A stretch of DNA of 64,000 nucleotides from Octopus sinensis (lineage: Eukaryota): NCBI RefSeq assembly GCF_006345805.1, contig NC_043010.1, positions 62,062,001-62,126,000 on the forward strand, in the 5' to 3' direction. Position 1 is the first letter of the stretch. Every line of letters begins with the position of its first letter. Below the pieces are notes generated by a model, which did no database searches, was not told the origin of the DNA, and saw nothing but the letters and a program-made list of their open reading frames with translations. The position numbers and the translations under genes are program-made. Below, piece after piece: positions 25,884 to 38,744 of this stretch.

Positions 25884-26888
25884 ATATATAGATATATATA
25901 TATATATATTATATATATATATATACATTGTTCATTTGTATATACAGAAATATAAATACATATATACATAGGTATGTGTATGTATATATTTTATATGTAT
26001 GTGTATATTTATATATGTATATATTATATATAGGTATGTGTATGTATATATATATATATATATCATCTTTTTATTTACGCATATATATATATATAGATAT
26101 AGATATATATACACACACGTATATATATATATAGAGATAGATAGATAGATAGATAGTCTGCGTGTGTGTATTAAAGCTGTACCTATAATGTACAACACAC
26201 ACACACACACACACACGTACATGTTCAGTGTAGTAAGGCCTGAAATAAGGGAATCGGGATAAAAAGAGGAAAGGAAAAAATCAGTTTATCGATCGCTGTT
26301 GGTAGATGTATTTTCCAGTTCCAGTAAACGGTAATAGTCATGTACGAGTATATGTGTGTGTGTGTGTGTGTGTTGTGCGTCCTACGTTCAATCTCTTGCT
26401 TTCTGTCACTCATCCTTCTACTCACATAAGTGAAAAAAATAAAAACAACCTGTAATGGGTAACTCACTCTTCCACTCTTTCTCTCTCTCTCTCACTCATT
26501 TCTCTCATGTCACTCTTCCCACTCCTCACTCTCTCTTACTGCACTCTTCCAGGTACCCTTCTCTGTTCCTCTATGCTATCGTTATCTCTATATATCTGAA
26601 TTTATCTATTTTTTTAAAAGTATATATATATATATATATGTGAGTACTGATATATATATATATATATATACATATGTATGTATGTTTTATATACCTGTGT
26701 GTATGAAGCAAACAGTTGTAGTGAGGTAGATAGCTTGATTGATAGATTTATAGCTAGAGACAGACAGACAGATAGATAGATAGAATAGATAGATGGAAAG
26801 ATGAAGAGATAGGTAAATAGATGGATGGATGGATGGATGGGTAGATAGATACACAGATAGGAGAATAGGTAGATAGATAGATATATAT

Positions 26889-26926
<38 letters not shown>

Positions 26927-26975
26927 GATAGATAGTTAGATAGACAGATAGATAGATAGATAGACAGACAGATAA

Positions 26976-27019
<44 letters not shown>

Positions 27020-27022
27020 ATG

Positions 27023-27059
<37 letters not shown>

Positions 27060-27079
27060 GTAGGTAGATAGATAGGTAT

Positions 27080-29860
27080 GGCTATTCTCTCTCAAGCCCT
27101 CCTTACCCTTATATTTATTATCTTCGTCCTCTTTCCCTATTTACTTTTTATTTTATCTCTTATTTGCCGTCCAACCTCGTCTCTTCCTTCTTTCTTTCTC
27201 CTTTATCTCACCTTTTCACCTTCCTCTTCCTCCTCCTCCTTCACTCTTTCTCACCTGTTTTCTTTTCCTCCTACTTCCTCACTACCCCTTCTCCCTCCAA
27301 TCCCAACTGTTTTATCCTCCTCCTCTCTTTACCTACTTCTTTTTTCACTCTCTTTTTCTTCTCTTTCTTTTTCCTCGAATACATTTACCTTCTTTACTCT
27401 GCCTATCTATCTCCTCCTCTCCTCTTCTCTCACTCCACAACTTCCTATCGTCTTCCAGTCCCTTTTTTTTATCAACATATCCCCATTTCATTTATACAGA
27501 ACCACTTCCCCTCTTCCTTCCTTTTTCTAGTCTTTCACCTTCCCAATTACCGCTCCACCACTTTCGTCACTAACACCATTTTCTGATATTTTATTTTCCC
27601 TCCTACTTCTCTCTCTCTCTCTCTCACCTTTTCTTTATCTTTTTCTAATCCTGCTTTCACTCCATCTCTCTCTCTGTATCACTTATTCCTCTCCCTCTAC
27701 TCCCTCTCTTTTTTCATCCTTTTTAATCCTACTTTTTCCCCATTCCTCTAACTCCCTTTTTCTTTCTAAGTTACCTTTAATCCCTCTCTCTCTCTCTCGC
27801 TACTCCTTCTTCCTCTCCTCCCCCTCCGTCTCCTTCATTCTTTATCTATTCCTAACCTTCTCTTCCCCCCCTTTACAAACACTTCCTCTCCCTTTCCTCC
27901 CGCCCATCTCTTTCTCTCTCACCATTAATCCATTATATCGCTCTCATAAATATATATGACAGACAGAGAGAGGGAGTAACATATATATATAAAGATTATA
28001 AATGTACTTTGTTTTTTTATATTTATTTTAACCCTTTCTTTTCCCCCATTTCATTGCTTTCTCCCTCATTTTTTCCCACCATTTCTTCTCTATTCCCTGT
28101 TGATTTTATAATTTCCCTCCACCCTCATCACAACTATTACTCTCACCGCAACTCATTGATTTTTCAGCCATCTTGACTCTTTTTTACTAAAATATACATA
28201 CGCACTCCCTCTCTTTGTTTCTATCCTTTCACTACACCCCACTACATCCCTCTCTCTCTGTTATTTCCAGTCTCACACTACACCCCATATTCTATCTCCT
28301 TCTGTTGTTTCTCTTACATTTTTCTTTCCCTCCTCTTCTCTCACTACACCTCACATCCTTTTTCTTTTCTTTTTATTATATCACTAATCCTTGTTCCTCC
28401 CTCTCTATTCTCTCACTGCACCTCACCTTTTTCTTTTCCTTCTTCCTTAGATTCCCTCTTTCTTACACCCTCTCTTATTTTCTATTATATCACTGATCCT
28501 TATTCTCCCCCTCTCTATTGCTTCACTATTCCTCCTTTTCCTTTAATTTTCTCTCACCTACTATCCTCTCACTATGCCTCACATTATCTCTCCCCCTTTC
28601 GTTCATTCATAGATCCTTTCTTTCTCTCCTTTCCTTCCATGATATCATTAATCCTTTTTTGTTTCCTCCCCTTCACTCCCTCTCACACTTGCTTTCTCTC
28701 TCTCCTTCCTTATTCTCTCCCTACTTTTCAATTTTCTTACTACCACTCACACTCTCTTTCACCGCACCTTATATTTTTCTCCTCTCCCTCTTCCCCTTTC
28801 ACAACTTCTACTCTTACTTCTCTTTGGACAATTTTTTATACACTAAATCACCCCTACTCTTACTCTTCCCCACTACACCTTCGACTGCCGCTATCACCCT
28901 ATCTCTCTCTACTTCTATCTCAGACCTACTTTTTCTCTTCTCTTCCCTCACACTTATTACTCTTTCACCATTTCTTTACTCTGTCTCTCTCTCTCTCTCA
29001 CACACACTCTTTTCCCCTTCACTCAAAATGAAACCTCTTACTTCTACTCTTAACAGTTTTTTTCTCCCTCCTCAGTCATTATTACTCTCGCTACACTTCA
29101 CACACCCCCTCAGCTAGCCTTCTCCCTCTACACCTCATGTCCTTCCACTCATTCTTTGTCCTCTCTATCTTTCTCTCTTCCTCACTCTCTCTCACTAACT
29201 TCGCATTTTTTTCCAAAGATAATTATACATTCTTCTCTTTTACCATTTCTACAATTATTTCCCCCTCTCTCTTTTCTTCTTGCACTATTCATCATATTCT
29301 CTTACTACACCTCACCTTTTCCTCCTCCCTCACTCTAACTCTGACTACGCCTCACGCTTATCTATTTCTCGTCATACCGCACACATACACATACATACTC
29401 CTCCCTCTCTCACACATCTCACTACACCTCGTTCTCTTTCACCTCTTCTAATTAGTCCCCCTCCCTCACTCTAACAAGTCTTCTTCCTCCTCTAATAAAA
29501 TTCCTACTCTTCCTGCAACTCCACCGATTTTTTTTTTTCAGCCAATTTACATTCTTGTCCCTTTTTTTAACCAACTTACCTCTTCCTCCTCCCACTCCTC
29601 ACTACAGCACCTCCCATTCAAACTCTTTCCACCTCACACTACCACCACTACCCCCATTCCCCTTACTCTCTCCTTCAACCTCCCCTTCTCCCTCAAAACT
29701 TTTACTCTATCCATATCGACCCAACTCATTATACTCATACCTTTTACCCTTTCTCTCTCTCTTCCAGTTTCCATAGATTTTTTCTTATTGTCATCGTCTC
29801 TCCCTTTGGCAATTTTTCTCTTCCCACTTTCCCTTTTATTGTATTCTTCCTGTTTTCTAT
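27080..29860 (+). repeat. ~2.8-kb polypyrimidine-rich tract
   Basis: Almost no G on the + strand; recurrent ctcactacacctcac motifs. Confidence 0.9.
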
Positions 29861-30171
29861 AGGACTGGTTAGATATTTTTTTTTCCTGTATTGATATTTC
29901 TTTGCTGTATTGATTATATATAATGTGTGTGCGTGTGTTCGCCCTGAACACTTATATATATAAATATGTGTGTGTCTGTGTGTGTATATCGAACGCATTA
30001 ATAAATTGATATTTTTTTGTATGTATATATATATATATATATATAAAATATATATACATACTAAGATCCACTATTTGGCACGCACAATATACATTTTTCT
30101 CGATTTTTCAAATGCTTTTTAACATATTTCTGCTTTGGCATTGAAAAGCTGGTAGTAAAATATACTTTATT

Positions 30172-30215
<44 letters not shown>

Positions 30216-31251
30216 GATAGATATATAGTATGTGTATATATATATATGTGTGTGTGTGTGTGTAACGTGAATTTACTGGCTGTGTGCCTATGTTAGAGAG
30301 AGAAAAGAGACTTGGTCCATTTTGACTAGAGTACTTGTGGTCTAGTTTTCACTGTCCTTTTTAAATACCCACCGAGGGTATTTTAAATCCTATACTCAGA
30401 GACTCTGCTAAACTGGTCCCTCATTATATGACTATCACGAATTATTTTTCAAGGCACGTTTTCTAACTGTCACTTCTAACTCCATTCCTGCTTCCATCAA
30501 CTCTCTCTTTCCTTACCTGCTCTGACACCACTTGTGCACAGCCATTGTAGACAAACAGCAGTTCAGACGGGGACGAGACTGTGGGGCCACCCGTCAGCCA
30601 TCCGATTCTAATTGCTTTCCTCTCCGCCTGCATCAGTCAGTCAACCACAGCCAATGTCGCAACTCAGCCGACCAGCCAGATTTAAAGACCGTGTTGCCTT
30701 TATGGTACCTGTTAAATATTGCATGTGGTACGCGACGTGTTTTATTGCCTGTAGATATATGTGTGTGGGTGGAGAAGGTGAAGGCGCGTGACTTCGGGGT
30801 TTGGGTATTCGGCTCGTGAGTTCGATCCCCGGCGGTGCATTTTGTCCTTGAGCAAGACGTTTTTTTTTTCTATTTCTTGTTGCTCCAGTCCATTCACATG
30901 CCAAAAGTGAGTATTACCTGTATTTCAAAGGGTCGGACTTGTCACATTCTGTGTCTGTGGAGTGCTCAGCCACTTGCACGTTAATTTCACAAGCAGGCTG
31001 TTCCGTTGATTCTCTAAACTGGAACTCTCCTCGTCGCAACCGACGGAGTGCCAGTGTGTGGAGTGGGGCCGTTTGTGTCTCGATGTTTGTGCGTGTGTAT
31101 TTATGTCAGCAATGGTGTTTGTACAGTCGAGTAAATTCCAAAATGCATTACTTGTAGAACCATTGGCGAGTCGAACAAAATGCTTAGCGGCAATTCTTCC
31201 GGCTCTTCTTTCTGGGCTCGAATTTCGCCAAGGTCGAATTTGCCTTTCATA

Positions 31252-31642
31252 CTTTTACTCTTTTACTTGTTTCAGTCATTTGACTGCGGCCATGCTGGAG
31301 CACCGCCTTTAATCAAGCAACTCGACCCCGGGACTTATTCTTTTGTAAGCCCAGTACTTATTATATCGGTCTCTTATGCCGAACCGCTAAGTAACGGGGA
31401 CATAAATACACCAGCATCGGTTGTCAAGCAATGCTAGGGGTACAAACACAGACACGCACGCATATATATAGATATATACGACGGGCTTCTTTCAGTTTCC
31501 GTCTACCAAATCCACTCACAAGGCTTTGGTCGGCCCGAGGCTAAAATAGAAGACATTTGCCCATGATGCCACGCAGTGGGACTGAACCCGGAACCATGTG
31601 GTTGGTAAACAAGCTACTTACCACACAGCCACTCCTGCGCCT
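31252..31642 (-). mobile_element. SINE family A, full length, CpG-rich (young), inserted into a family C SINE
   Basis: Retains most CpGs; family C sequence (gcctttcat | cttttgggg..aatcgacttaa) resumes on both sides. Confidence 0.85.
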
Positions 31643-32399
31643 TTTGGGGTAATCGACTTAACCCACTCCCTTGTCCCAAAATTTGAAACCATTGTTTAAC
31701 CCCATTCAACTCAGAATCAAGCAAACCTTTGATAACCATCTCGCTTTTTATGGGGTATATATTATTTGGGCGTGGAGGCGCGTGGCTTAGTGGTTAGGGT
31801 GTCAGCATTATGATCGTAAGATTGTGGTTTCGATTCCTGGACCGGGCGACGCGTTGTGTTCTTGAGCAAAACACTTCATTTCACGTTGCTCCAGTCCACT
31901 CAGCAGGCAAAAATGAGTAACGCTGCAATGGACTAGCGTCCCATACAGTTGAGGAACACATACGCCATTGAAACCGGGAAACCGGGCCCATGAGCCAGGC
32001 TAGGCTTTAAAAAGACGCGTTTATTATTATTTTATGTTATTTGGACTACATATCTAATGTGTCTTTAGGTTATTTAAGACAAGAGAAAGTAATTTGAGGG
32101 AGAACTGTCTGTTGTTTCTAACAAGATCAAGGAACAACGTAAAAGATGCGTCTGCTGTTCTTTCTGGCTTCTTCGGATCAACTCGTCGTTGTGACGGACG
32201 AAGAACCATTAAAGAACATTTGTTTTTTTTTAGATGAGTTGGATATGAGACGGGAAGAGAGCATTGTGGAATTGAAATACAACTCACCCAACAAAAACTC
32301 ACTACTTGAATGGACCATAAACAAAACTTGACTTAAACAGGATTTAGATAATCCTATCAGGTAGTGCTATTAAGTTAGACATGGCCTGGACCAATCTTT

Positions 32400-32770
32400 G
32401 GTCGAAACATATCTAAGTTTATCTAAATACATGGGTTAGCTTTACTATAAATACAAGAATGTAAAGGAGATTGAAGAGGATGAAAGGTGTGTGGGGGGGT
32501 CTTTACAGGGAGAAATTTAATGATTGCTAATGAGGTGGGGTGGGTGTTGGGGAGTGATTAGTTTGTTTATCTGAAATAATTGTAAAAAAAAGTGGGATCG
32601 TGATTGGTCAATCCCATTAAAAAGCTTTGGATGTCAAATAAACAATTTGTTTATTTGACAAGTGTATGAAGATGGTGATGGTCGGTCGATTGCTTTGAAT
32701 GGAATCGGAATGTAGGATGAGCTTGTTGTAGGTCAGCTGTTAATAATGACAGGGTTTTACAGGGCTTGAC
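32400..32770 (-). mobile_element. Possible decayed Penelope GIY-YIG-proximal region
   Basis: Frameshifted KPC...YTCQ/IVYL pieces resemble the PLE motif FTCxSxNVIY; weak. Confidence 0.25.
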
Positions 32771-32799
32771 AGTCCGGTGGTGGTGTCGATATGAAGATA

Positions 32800-33024
32800 T
32801 ATTTCTTTACTACCCACAAGGGGCTAAACATAGAGGGGACAAACAAGGACAGACAAAGGGATTAAGTCGATTACATCGACCCCAGTGCGAAACTGGTACT
32901 TTATTTATCGACCCCGAAAGGATGAAAAGCAAAGTCGACCTCGGCGGAATTTGAACTCAGAACGTAGCGTCAGACGAAATACGGATACGCATTTCGCCCG
33001 GCGTGCTAACGTTTCTGCCAGCTA
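32800..33024 (-). mobile_element. SINE family C
   Basis: Reverse complement of 17004-17240; CpG-rich. Confidence 0.85.
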
Positions 33025-33199
33025 ACAAGTTCAAAATGTTTGTTGAGTGAGTGAAGTTTAAAGAAGTGAATGTCCAAAGGTTGTGAAGGAGCAGAATCGG
33101 TAAGGTTGTTGTTGTTGTTGTGGCTTGGAGTAGCTGATGAAATACTTTCCAGATGATGTGAGGAGACTTCTAAATGACCGACAAAAAAACAATCCAGCC

Positions 33200-34060
33200 A
33201 CATCTACACTTGCTAAACTACAGTTCCACCGCCTTTTTTATGCACCCCTCCTCCTCCTCTGTAGCGTAGTTAGAGGTGGGCGAGAGGGCGGTCGCCCCGG
33301 GTGATATTTTTGTAGGCGGCGCTTTCGGGATTCCTGTGGACCGGATGGAGGCCGTAAACACAAGGGGCTGCCCAGGGCGACACACACTAACTACGCAAGT
33401 GATCTTCTTCTCCCCTCCCCCTGTGCCTCCTCCTTTATCTCTTTATTTAACGATTCTTTAGACTAAAGCAATTACCAGTCTTCCTTAACAGACCCAACCC
33501 ACGTATTTCAGTCCCAAAATGCTCTTTTGTGTCATGGACGACTATAAATCGCTCTCTCTCTCTCTCTCTCTCTCTCCTCTCCTCTTTCGTGGTTAACGTT
33601 TTAGGTAAACACGACATTCCCTCGGCCCATGGTGTTCCGGATGACTGCCTAAATAACCACTATATTCAGTTGACCTTCAAGATATTTGATGTGTAGCTTC
33701 GGTCGCAGGAGGGCGTTTATTACTCTGCGAGTCTCACTTCTCTTCGTAATAGCGACGACCTTTCTCTTCCATCTCACAGTGAGACGACCAAAGTGAACGG
33801 GAAATAACAAATGTCTCCCATTTTAGACAAGTTGACAGGTATCCTCTTGGAAGGGATTTTCAGCGGGTCTTTTGACCTCTACTTTAAGCCCTCAGCCAGA
33901 CGCTGACAGTAATGTACATGGCCGCAGTAGACCCTGTGGGAATGGAAGCTAGTTAGACTTGAGCAATGCTCTATGTCCCAACCGTTTTAGTGCTTGTTAT
34001 AATGTCGATGGAATGGCGTCGTTACATCGGTTGTTATAGAAGTTATAACCGTGCGTTGTA
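33200..34060. promoter_or_regulatory. CpG-rich unique segment, candidate promoter / first exon(s)
   Basis: CpG-rich relative to the surrounding DNA, with GC-box-like gggcgg/ccgcc, an aaactacagttcc motif (ZNF143-like) and splice-site-like signals on both strands. Confidence 0.3.
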
Positions 34061-34062
34061 GT

Positions 34063-34263
34063 ATACTCTTTTACTTGTTTCAGTCATTTGACTGCGGCCA
34101 TGCTGGGGCACCGCCTTTTAATCGAGCAACTCGACCCCGGGATTATTCTTTGTAAGCCCAGTACTTATTCTATCGGGTCTTTTGCCGAACCGCTAAGTGA
34201 CGGGGACGTAAACACACCAGCATCGGTTGTCAAGCAATGCTAGGGGGACAAACAGACACACAA

Positions 34264-34294
<31 letters not shown>

Positions 34295-34460
34295 CATATA
34301 CGACAGGCTTCTTTCAGTTTCCGTCTACCAAATCCACTCACAAGGCATTGGTCAGCCCAGGGCTATAGCAGAAGACACTTGCCCAAGATGCCACGCAGTG
34401 GGACTGAACCCGGAACCATGTGACTGGTTAGCAAGCTACTTACCACACAGCCACTCCTGT
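34063..34460 (-). mobile_element. SINE family A, full length
   Basis: Very similar to 31252-31642. Confidence 0.85.
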
Positions 34461-34469
34461 ATGTATAAA

Positions 34470-35672
34470 GTGTGATGTCGATGCAGGTTTGATGTAGGAT
34501 TTCTCTGACCCCTAAATCCTCTCTAGACAGATGACTGGACGGAAATTCTGGAGACACTGAATGTTAATGGACTCTAAGGTGGTCCTGGATGTTAACACTC
34601 TTCTAATGTTGAGATGACATACATTCTTTGTCTTACGACTTCTGTGATGTATCGATCTTGTGTAGTGATAAACCAATCCATATCATTATCACTCTGTAAT
34701 GGTGTTCTGTCCAGAAGATTTCCTGTTCTTCTGTGTTTTCATAGCAGTGTTGTTTTCAGCAAAGTTCAGTGCCTCATCAAAATGGTAGTGATAAAACTTC
34801 CCGTTGGAGAATGTTAGATCTACACCGTGTAGAGAGAGATACAGAACCTAGCACTGAAGAGTTTTAAATTACCTTTTTGAAGAGTGAGGTATAAGGAATT
34901 TTCCAGAGTTACACCGTGGATGTTGTGCATATCATTCAGGATTGTGTTGTTGTTATCGAACTAGTTTTGATGCCCTTTTTGTTTTTTTTTAATAATGAAT
35001 CTGATATTCTCAGTATCGTCACCTCATCACTCAGCTGTAGAAATGAGTTGCGGCGTCACAGGTGCCAAGCCCAATCCGCTGTTGCATTTGCCGTGGATAA
35101 CATCAATGGTGTGGAGAGGGGAGTCCGGTATGCATGGGTAACTGCTGGTCTTCCATAAAACAACCTTGCCCGGACTTGTGCCTGGGAGGGTAACTTTCTA
35201 GGTGCAATCCCACGGTCAGTCATGACCGAAGGGGGTCTCAACCATTTGTCATTTACATCATCCGCCGAGGTGACTGTATCTCTAAAAGTTTCTATTTGAC
35301 AGCCAGAAAGTGACGGAATTTCCTACGAATATCTAGAAAGTCGAGTTTGGATCAACTGAACCTATGGCTGTTTGATGTTCGTGAGTGTCGTGTGTAGCGC
35401 CACCTGACCTGCACTCTGACCTTTGTTTGCATCATGTGACGACTTGTCCAATGCTCATTTCTTCTCATTGCTCCAGTGAGTAAAACAAGTTTTCCTGGTC
35501 TTGATGTAACCAATAAAAGACCAATGTTTGTATACAGTCAGTGGTGGTAGCGTCTTGTGTTTGTTCTTCAGCTGGAACATGGCGTTAATATTGGTAGAGT
35601 CGTGTTCCATACACAGGAGAGAGTATCCTGATGCCATTCTTGAAGCACGCCTTGACTGGATTTGCAAATCAA
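34470..35672 (-). mobile_element. Decayed RTE/Bov-B-like LINE (end of AP endonuclease plus start of RT)
   Basis: Minus frame LLCMEH..TNINAMFQLKNKHKT....KHWSFIGYI (~35455-35620) resembles the RTE APE motif TNT.FQ.K..HKT.W.HP.SKHW.LIDY; KNRKSSGQNTIT (~34700-34740) resembles the K.PGPDGI RT-proximal motif. Interrupted by a SINE at ~35020-35235. Confidence 0.55.
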
Positions 35673-35675
35673 TAA

Positions 35676-36062
35676 TCTCTCTATATATAAAGCTGAAGTT
35701 GTCTGTGTATGGCAGGTTTGGTAGCCTTCAACTAACACTATCTCATCCCAGACCCCGCGGCGCAAGTTGACCAAAACTTGATAGAAGAAGGCTTGCTCTT
35801 CTTTCCGTAGAAGATAAAATTCAAATCGGACCATGTTAACACCAAAAATTATTTACATCAAAAACGTGCTTTTTTTTTCTATGAAAATCTCTATTTTTTA
35901 CGATTCTTTGACTGCTGAGTCGACATTTTACGGTGTATTTCAACCAGAAAAATGTTCACTTAAAGAGAATAACAAGCTACATAAAGCAAAATTTTTACTT
36001 TTCAAAAATTCCAATTCTAAAGAGTCGAAACAAACCCGAGAAACGCCGGGTGATACTGCTAG
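35676..36062 (+). mobile_element. Non-autonomous Helitron
   Basis: Begins TC after A(35675) and ends CTAG before T(36063); subterminal GC hairpin cccgagaaacgccggg at ~36035-36050; no TSD; homologous to 38354-38744. Confidence 0.8.
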
Positions 36063-36344
36063 TTTAATGTTATTCATCAATAATCTGGCGAGCCTTTGAG
36101 CTGTTTTAATGTAAGAACGAATTCGCTTGTTGTTAGAGAATGAAATGAATTTAATGAAACGAACAATTTAATGAATTAAGCTAAATGAATTTAATGAAAC
36201 AGTTTCTTGTTAGCTGCTATCATTCCGCCACTAGCTTCCTAACTTCCGTTCGAATATTTCATTTTCAAAATCGCAGTATTATCATTTTTTTTTTCTTCTT
36301 GAAGGTTCTTGAGAACCTACTGAAATATCTACCTCTAAGTCAAC

Positions 36345-37515
36345 AATGACCGATCACGTGATCAGAGCATCATCAAAGCTTTAGAAGCTCTGAATATTTA
36401 CGGGTGTTATTCACAAAAGTCTTCCACAGTTCATAAATGGCTAAAAGCTTTTCTAACACAAAAATGTCATTTCAAATTCTGCAATTTGAAAAAGACTTGG
36501 GAAAACCATGGTTTTTACAGTATTTGGGTAGATGCCAGTTTTTAATGAATTCTGATTGATACAGAAACGGTTTTTACGCCCTTCATCATTGCACGTTTAT
36601 ACTGTGAAAGTAACGGTTTTAATATTGAATACGTTGCTGAGTGAGAACTCAGAAACTGCAGTTAACTATATGAAAAAATATCTAAATGAAAGCAAAATAT
36701 CTAATAAAAAAAAGTGTAGCATTTGGAGCAGGGAAAACTAATTTGAAATTTGGAAGAATCGATCGGAAAGGTCAGGAAGACATTTTTTATCAAATGAAAA
36801 AAAAAATTGTTTGAATGATGAAATTAAAGATGTCGGCTGCTTTGCTCGTATTTGTCACAACGCAATTGGATATCTTTCTCGTAGGCTTGAACTTAATATG
36901 GAAGTAGTAACGATGAAATTTTACCCTTCTTTTTTTTTATCAATAACTCATTCGTAAATACAAAACATTTGAAAGATTTTTATTCTTTTGTTGACATTGA
37001 ATATAAAATACTTTCGTCTCACGATAAAACGGGTTTGCTTCCACTTCCTTTCAAATACAATATTGAAGCATTCGTGGAAAAAAAAAGTAGTTGTGGAAAC
37101 ACGCAGTGTAAAATGATACACTTGTAATGTTTTCACGGTCGCGATGATTCTGTTTGTGAAACAATTCCACTTGATTCTATTAAGCAGATCATAATCAAAC
37201 AATTGATAACTATGGTTCTGTCGATATTTTCTACAGGATTATAGGTAACTAAAAATTCGATTCAATCTAAATCACCATCACTGTAGCCATGCAACAGGCG
37301 AAACAGCTTTCTGAAGACCCAAGGAGAATTTTGCAGTCATTCGATTCGGGATTTAGACTTGAATTTCCAAGATTTGTGAGCAAATATGCCTATGGTCTCC
37401 TGAAAAGACTCTCAATTTCTGGGAGGAAGAGAATCAGAGCTCTTCGAGCAATGGCAGAAGCATCTGAGAAGAGTTCTAACTGGATCTGGTCAAAAAGGAA
37501 TGAAAAGGAATTTTA
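36345..37515 (+). pseudogene. Decayed hAT-superfamily transposase
   Basis: Frameshifted pieces occur in the expected order: YSIWVDAS (36531), SENSETAVNYM, FGAGKTNLKFGRIDRKG (cf. DNTNTNFGG..RKG), DVGCFARICHN (36835; cf. the CxxH motif GCAAHIVHN), LKDFYSFVDIEYK..SHDKT (cf. LKEFCDFV..EYK..H.KTRW) and LNFWEE. No TIRs identified. Confidence 0.7.
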
Positions 37516-37611
37516 AAAGGCATATTGTAGCCCACAGTCAAATGTCGTCTTCGACTAAACTGGCTCTGGGGCACCTTAACCATTTAAGAAGGTTGCAATG
37601 CACACAATACT

Positions 37612-37937
37612 AGCGCTCCGTCGGTTACGACGACGCGGGTTCGAGTTGATCCGATCGCCGGGATGGCCTGCTCGTGAAATTAACGTGCAAGTGGCCGAGT
37701 GCTCCACAGGCATTCGTACGCTTAACGTAGTTCTCATGAAGATTCAGCGTGACACAGAATGGGAAAAGGCTGGCCCCTTTGAAATACATGTACAACTCAC
37801 TTTTTGCCAGCTGAGTGGGCTGGAGCAAAGTGAAATAAAGTGTCTTGCTCAAGGACACAACGCACCGCTTGGATATCGAACTCATAACCTTATAATCGTG
37901 AACCAAATACCCTAACCACTAATCCATGCGCCTCCAC
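37612..37937 (-). mobile_element. tRNA-derived SINE family G (other copy 30779-31054 +; related head at 31772-32020 +)
   Basis: gtggaggcgcatggattagtggttaggg head, gagttcgatatcc B box, ttgagcaagacac block and cgtaaccgacggag tail. Confidence 0.8.
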
Positions 37938-38353
37938 AGTGCACACAATAGTACAGAATACGGCAGCAGAAGGGGATCCAGTTGTCATGACCTGGGCGTG
38001 GTCTGCTCACCTAAGAGTGTACGGAGTTATGGGCGGAAATACTCGCAAGAAAGGAGCTTCTCTGAAGACTATCTGCTGCTCAGCCATCCTTAGAGTTTCT
38101 TACAACATTTTGGGTCCGAATATAAAACCAGAAATTACGATACTCTCTGTACGGACGGTTCTTGCACTAATTCACTCTACAGTTTTTTTCTCGTTAATCT
38201 ACGTTTTCAGCTTCTACAGTAATGAGAGTAAAATATCTCACAACTATGGAGAATTATGGAGAATTCCCTTCAGAAGATCAACGACAAATATCAAGCCACT
38301 GTTTGATGCACCGAAACATATTTCTCTCTCACTGAAGATATTCATATCATATA

Positions 38354-38744
38354 CTAGCAATATTGCCCGGCGTTGCTTGGGTTTGTTTCGACTCTTTAGA
38401 ATTGGTATTTTTGAAAACTAAAAATTTTGCAATATGTAGGTTGTTATTCTCTTTAAGTGAACATTTTTCTGGTTGAAATACACCGAAAAATGGCGACACA
38501 GCAGTCAAAAAATCGTAAAAAATAGGGATTTTCATAGAAAAAAAGCACGTTTTTGATGTAAATAATTTTTGGCGTTAACATGGTCCGATTTGAATTTTTT
38601 CTTCTATGGAAGGAAGAGCAAGCCTTCTATCATACTCTCAATTTTGGTCAACTTGTGCCGCAGGGTCTCGGAGGAGATAGTGTTAGTTGAAGGCTACCAA
38701 ACCTGCCACACACACAGACAACTTCAGCTTTATATAGAGAGAGA
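38354..38744 (-). mobile_element. Non-autonomous Helitron, inverted copy
   Basis: Reverse complement of 35676-36062 over its full length; 5' TC at 38744, 3' CTAG at 38354-38357, hairpin cccggcgttgcttggg, AT insertion site. Confidence 0.8.

Noticed and set aside
32140-32331. SSDQLVVVTDEEPLKNI (mariner-like) and an acceptor-like ttttttag followed by ELDMRREE...KT*
   Set aside because: Neither a transposase continuation, TIRs nor partner exons could be supported.
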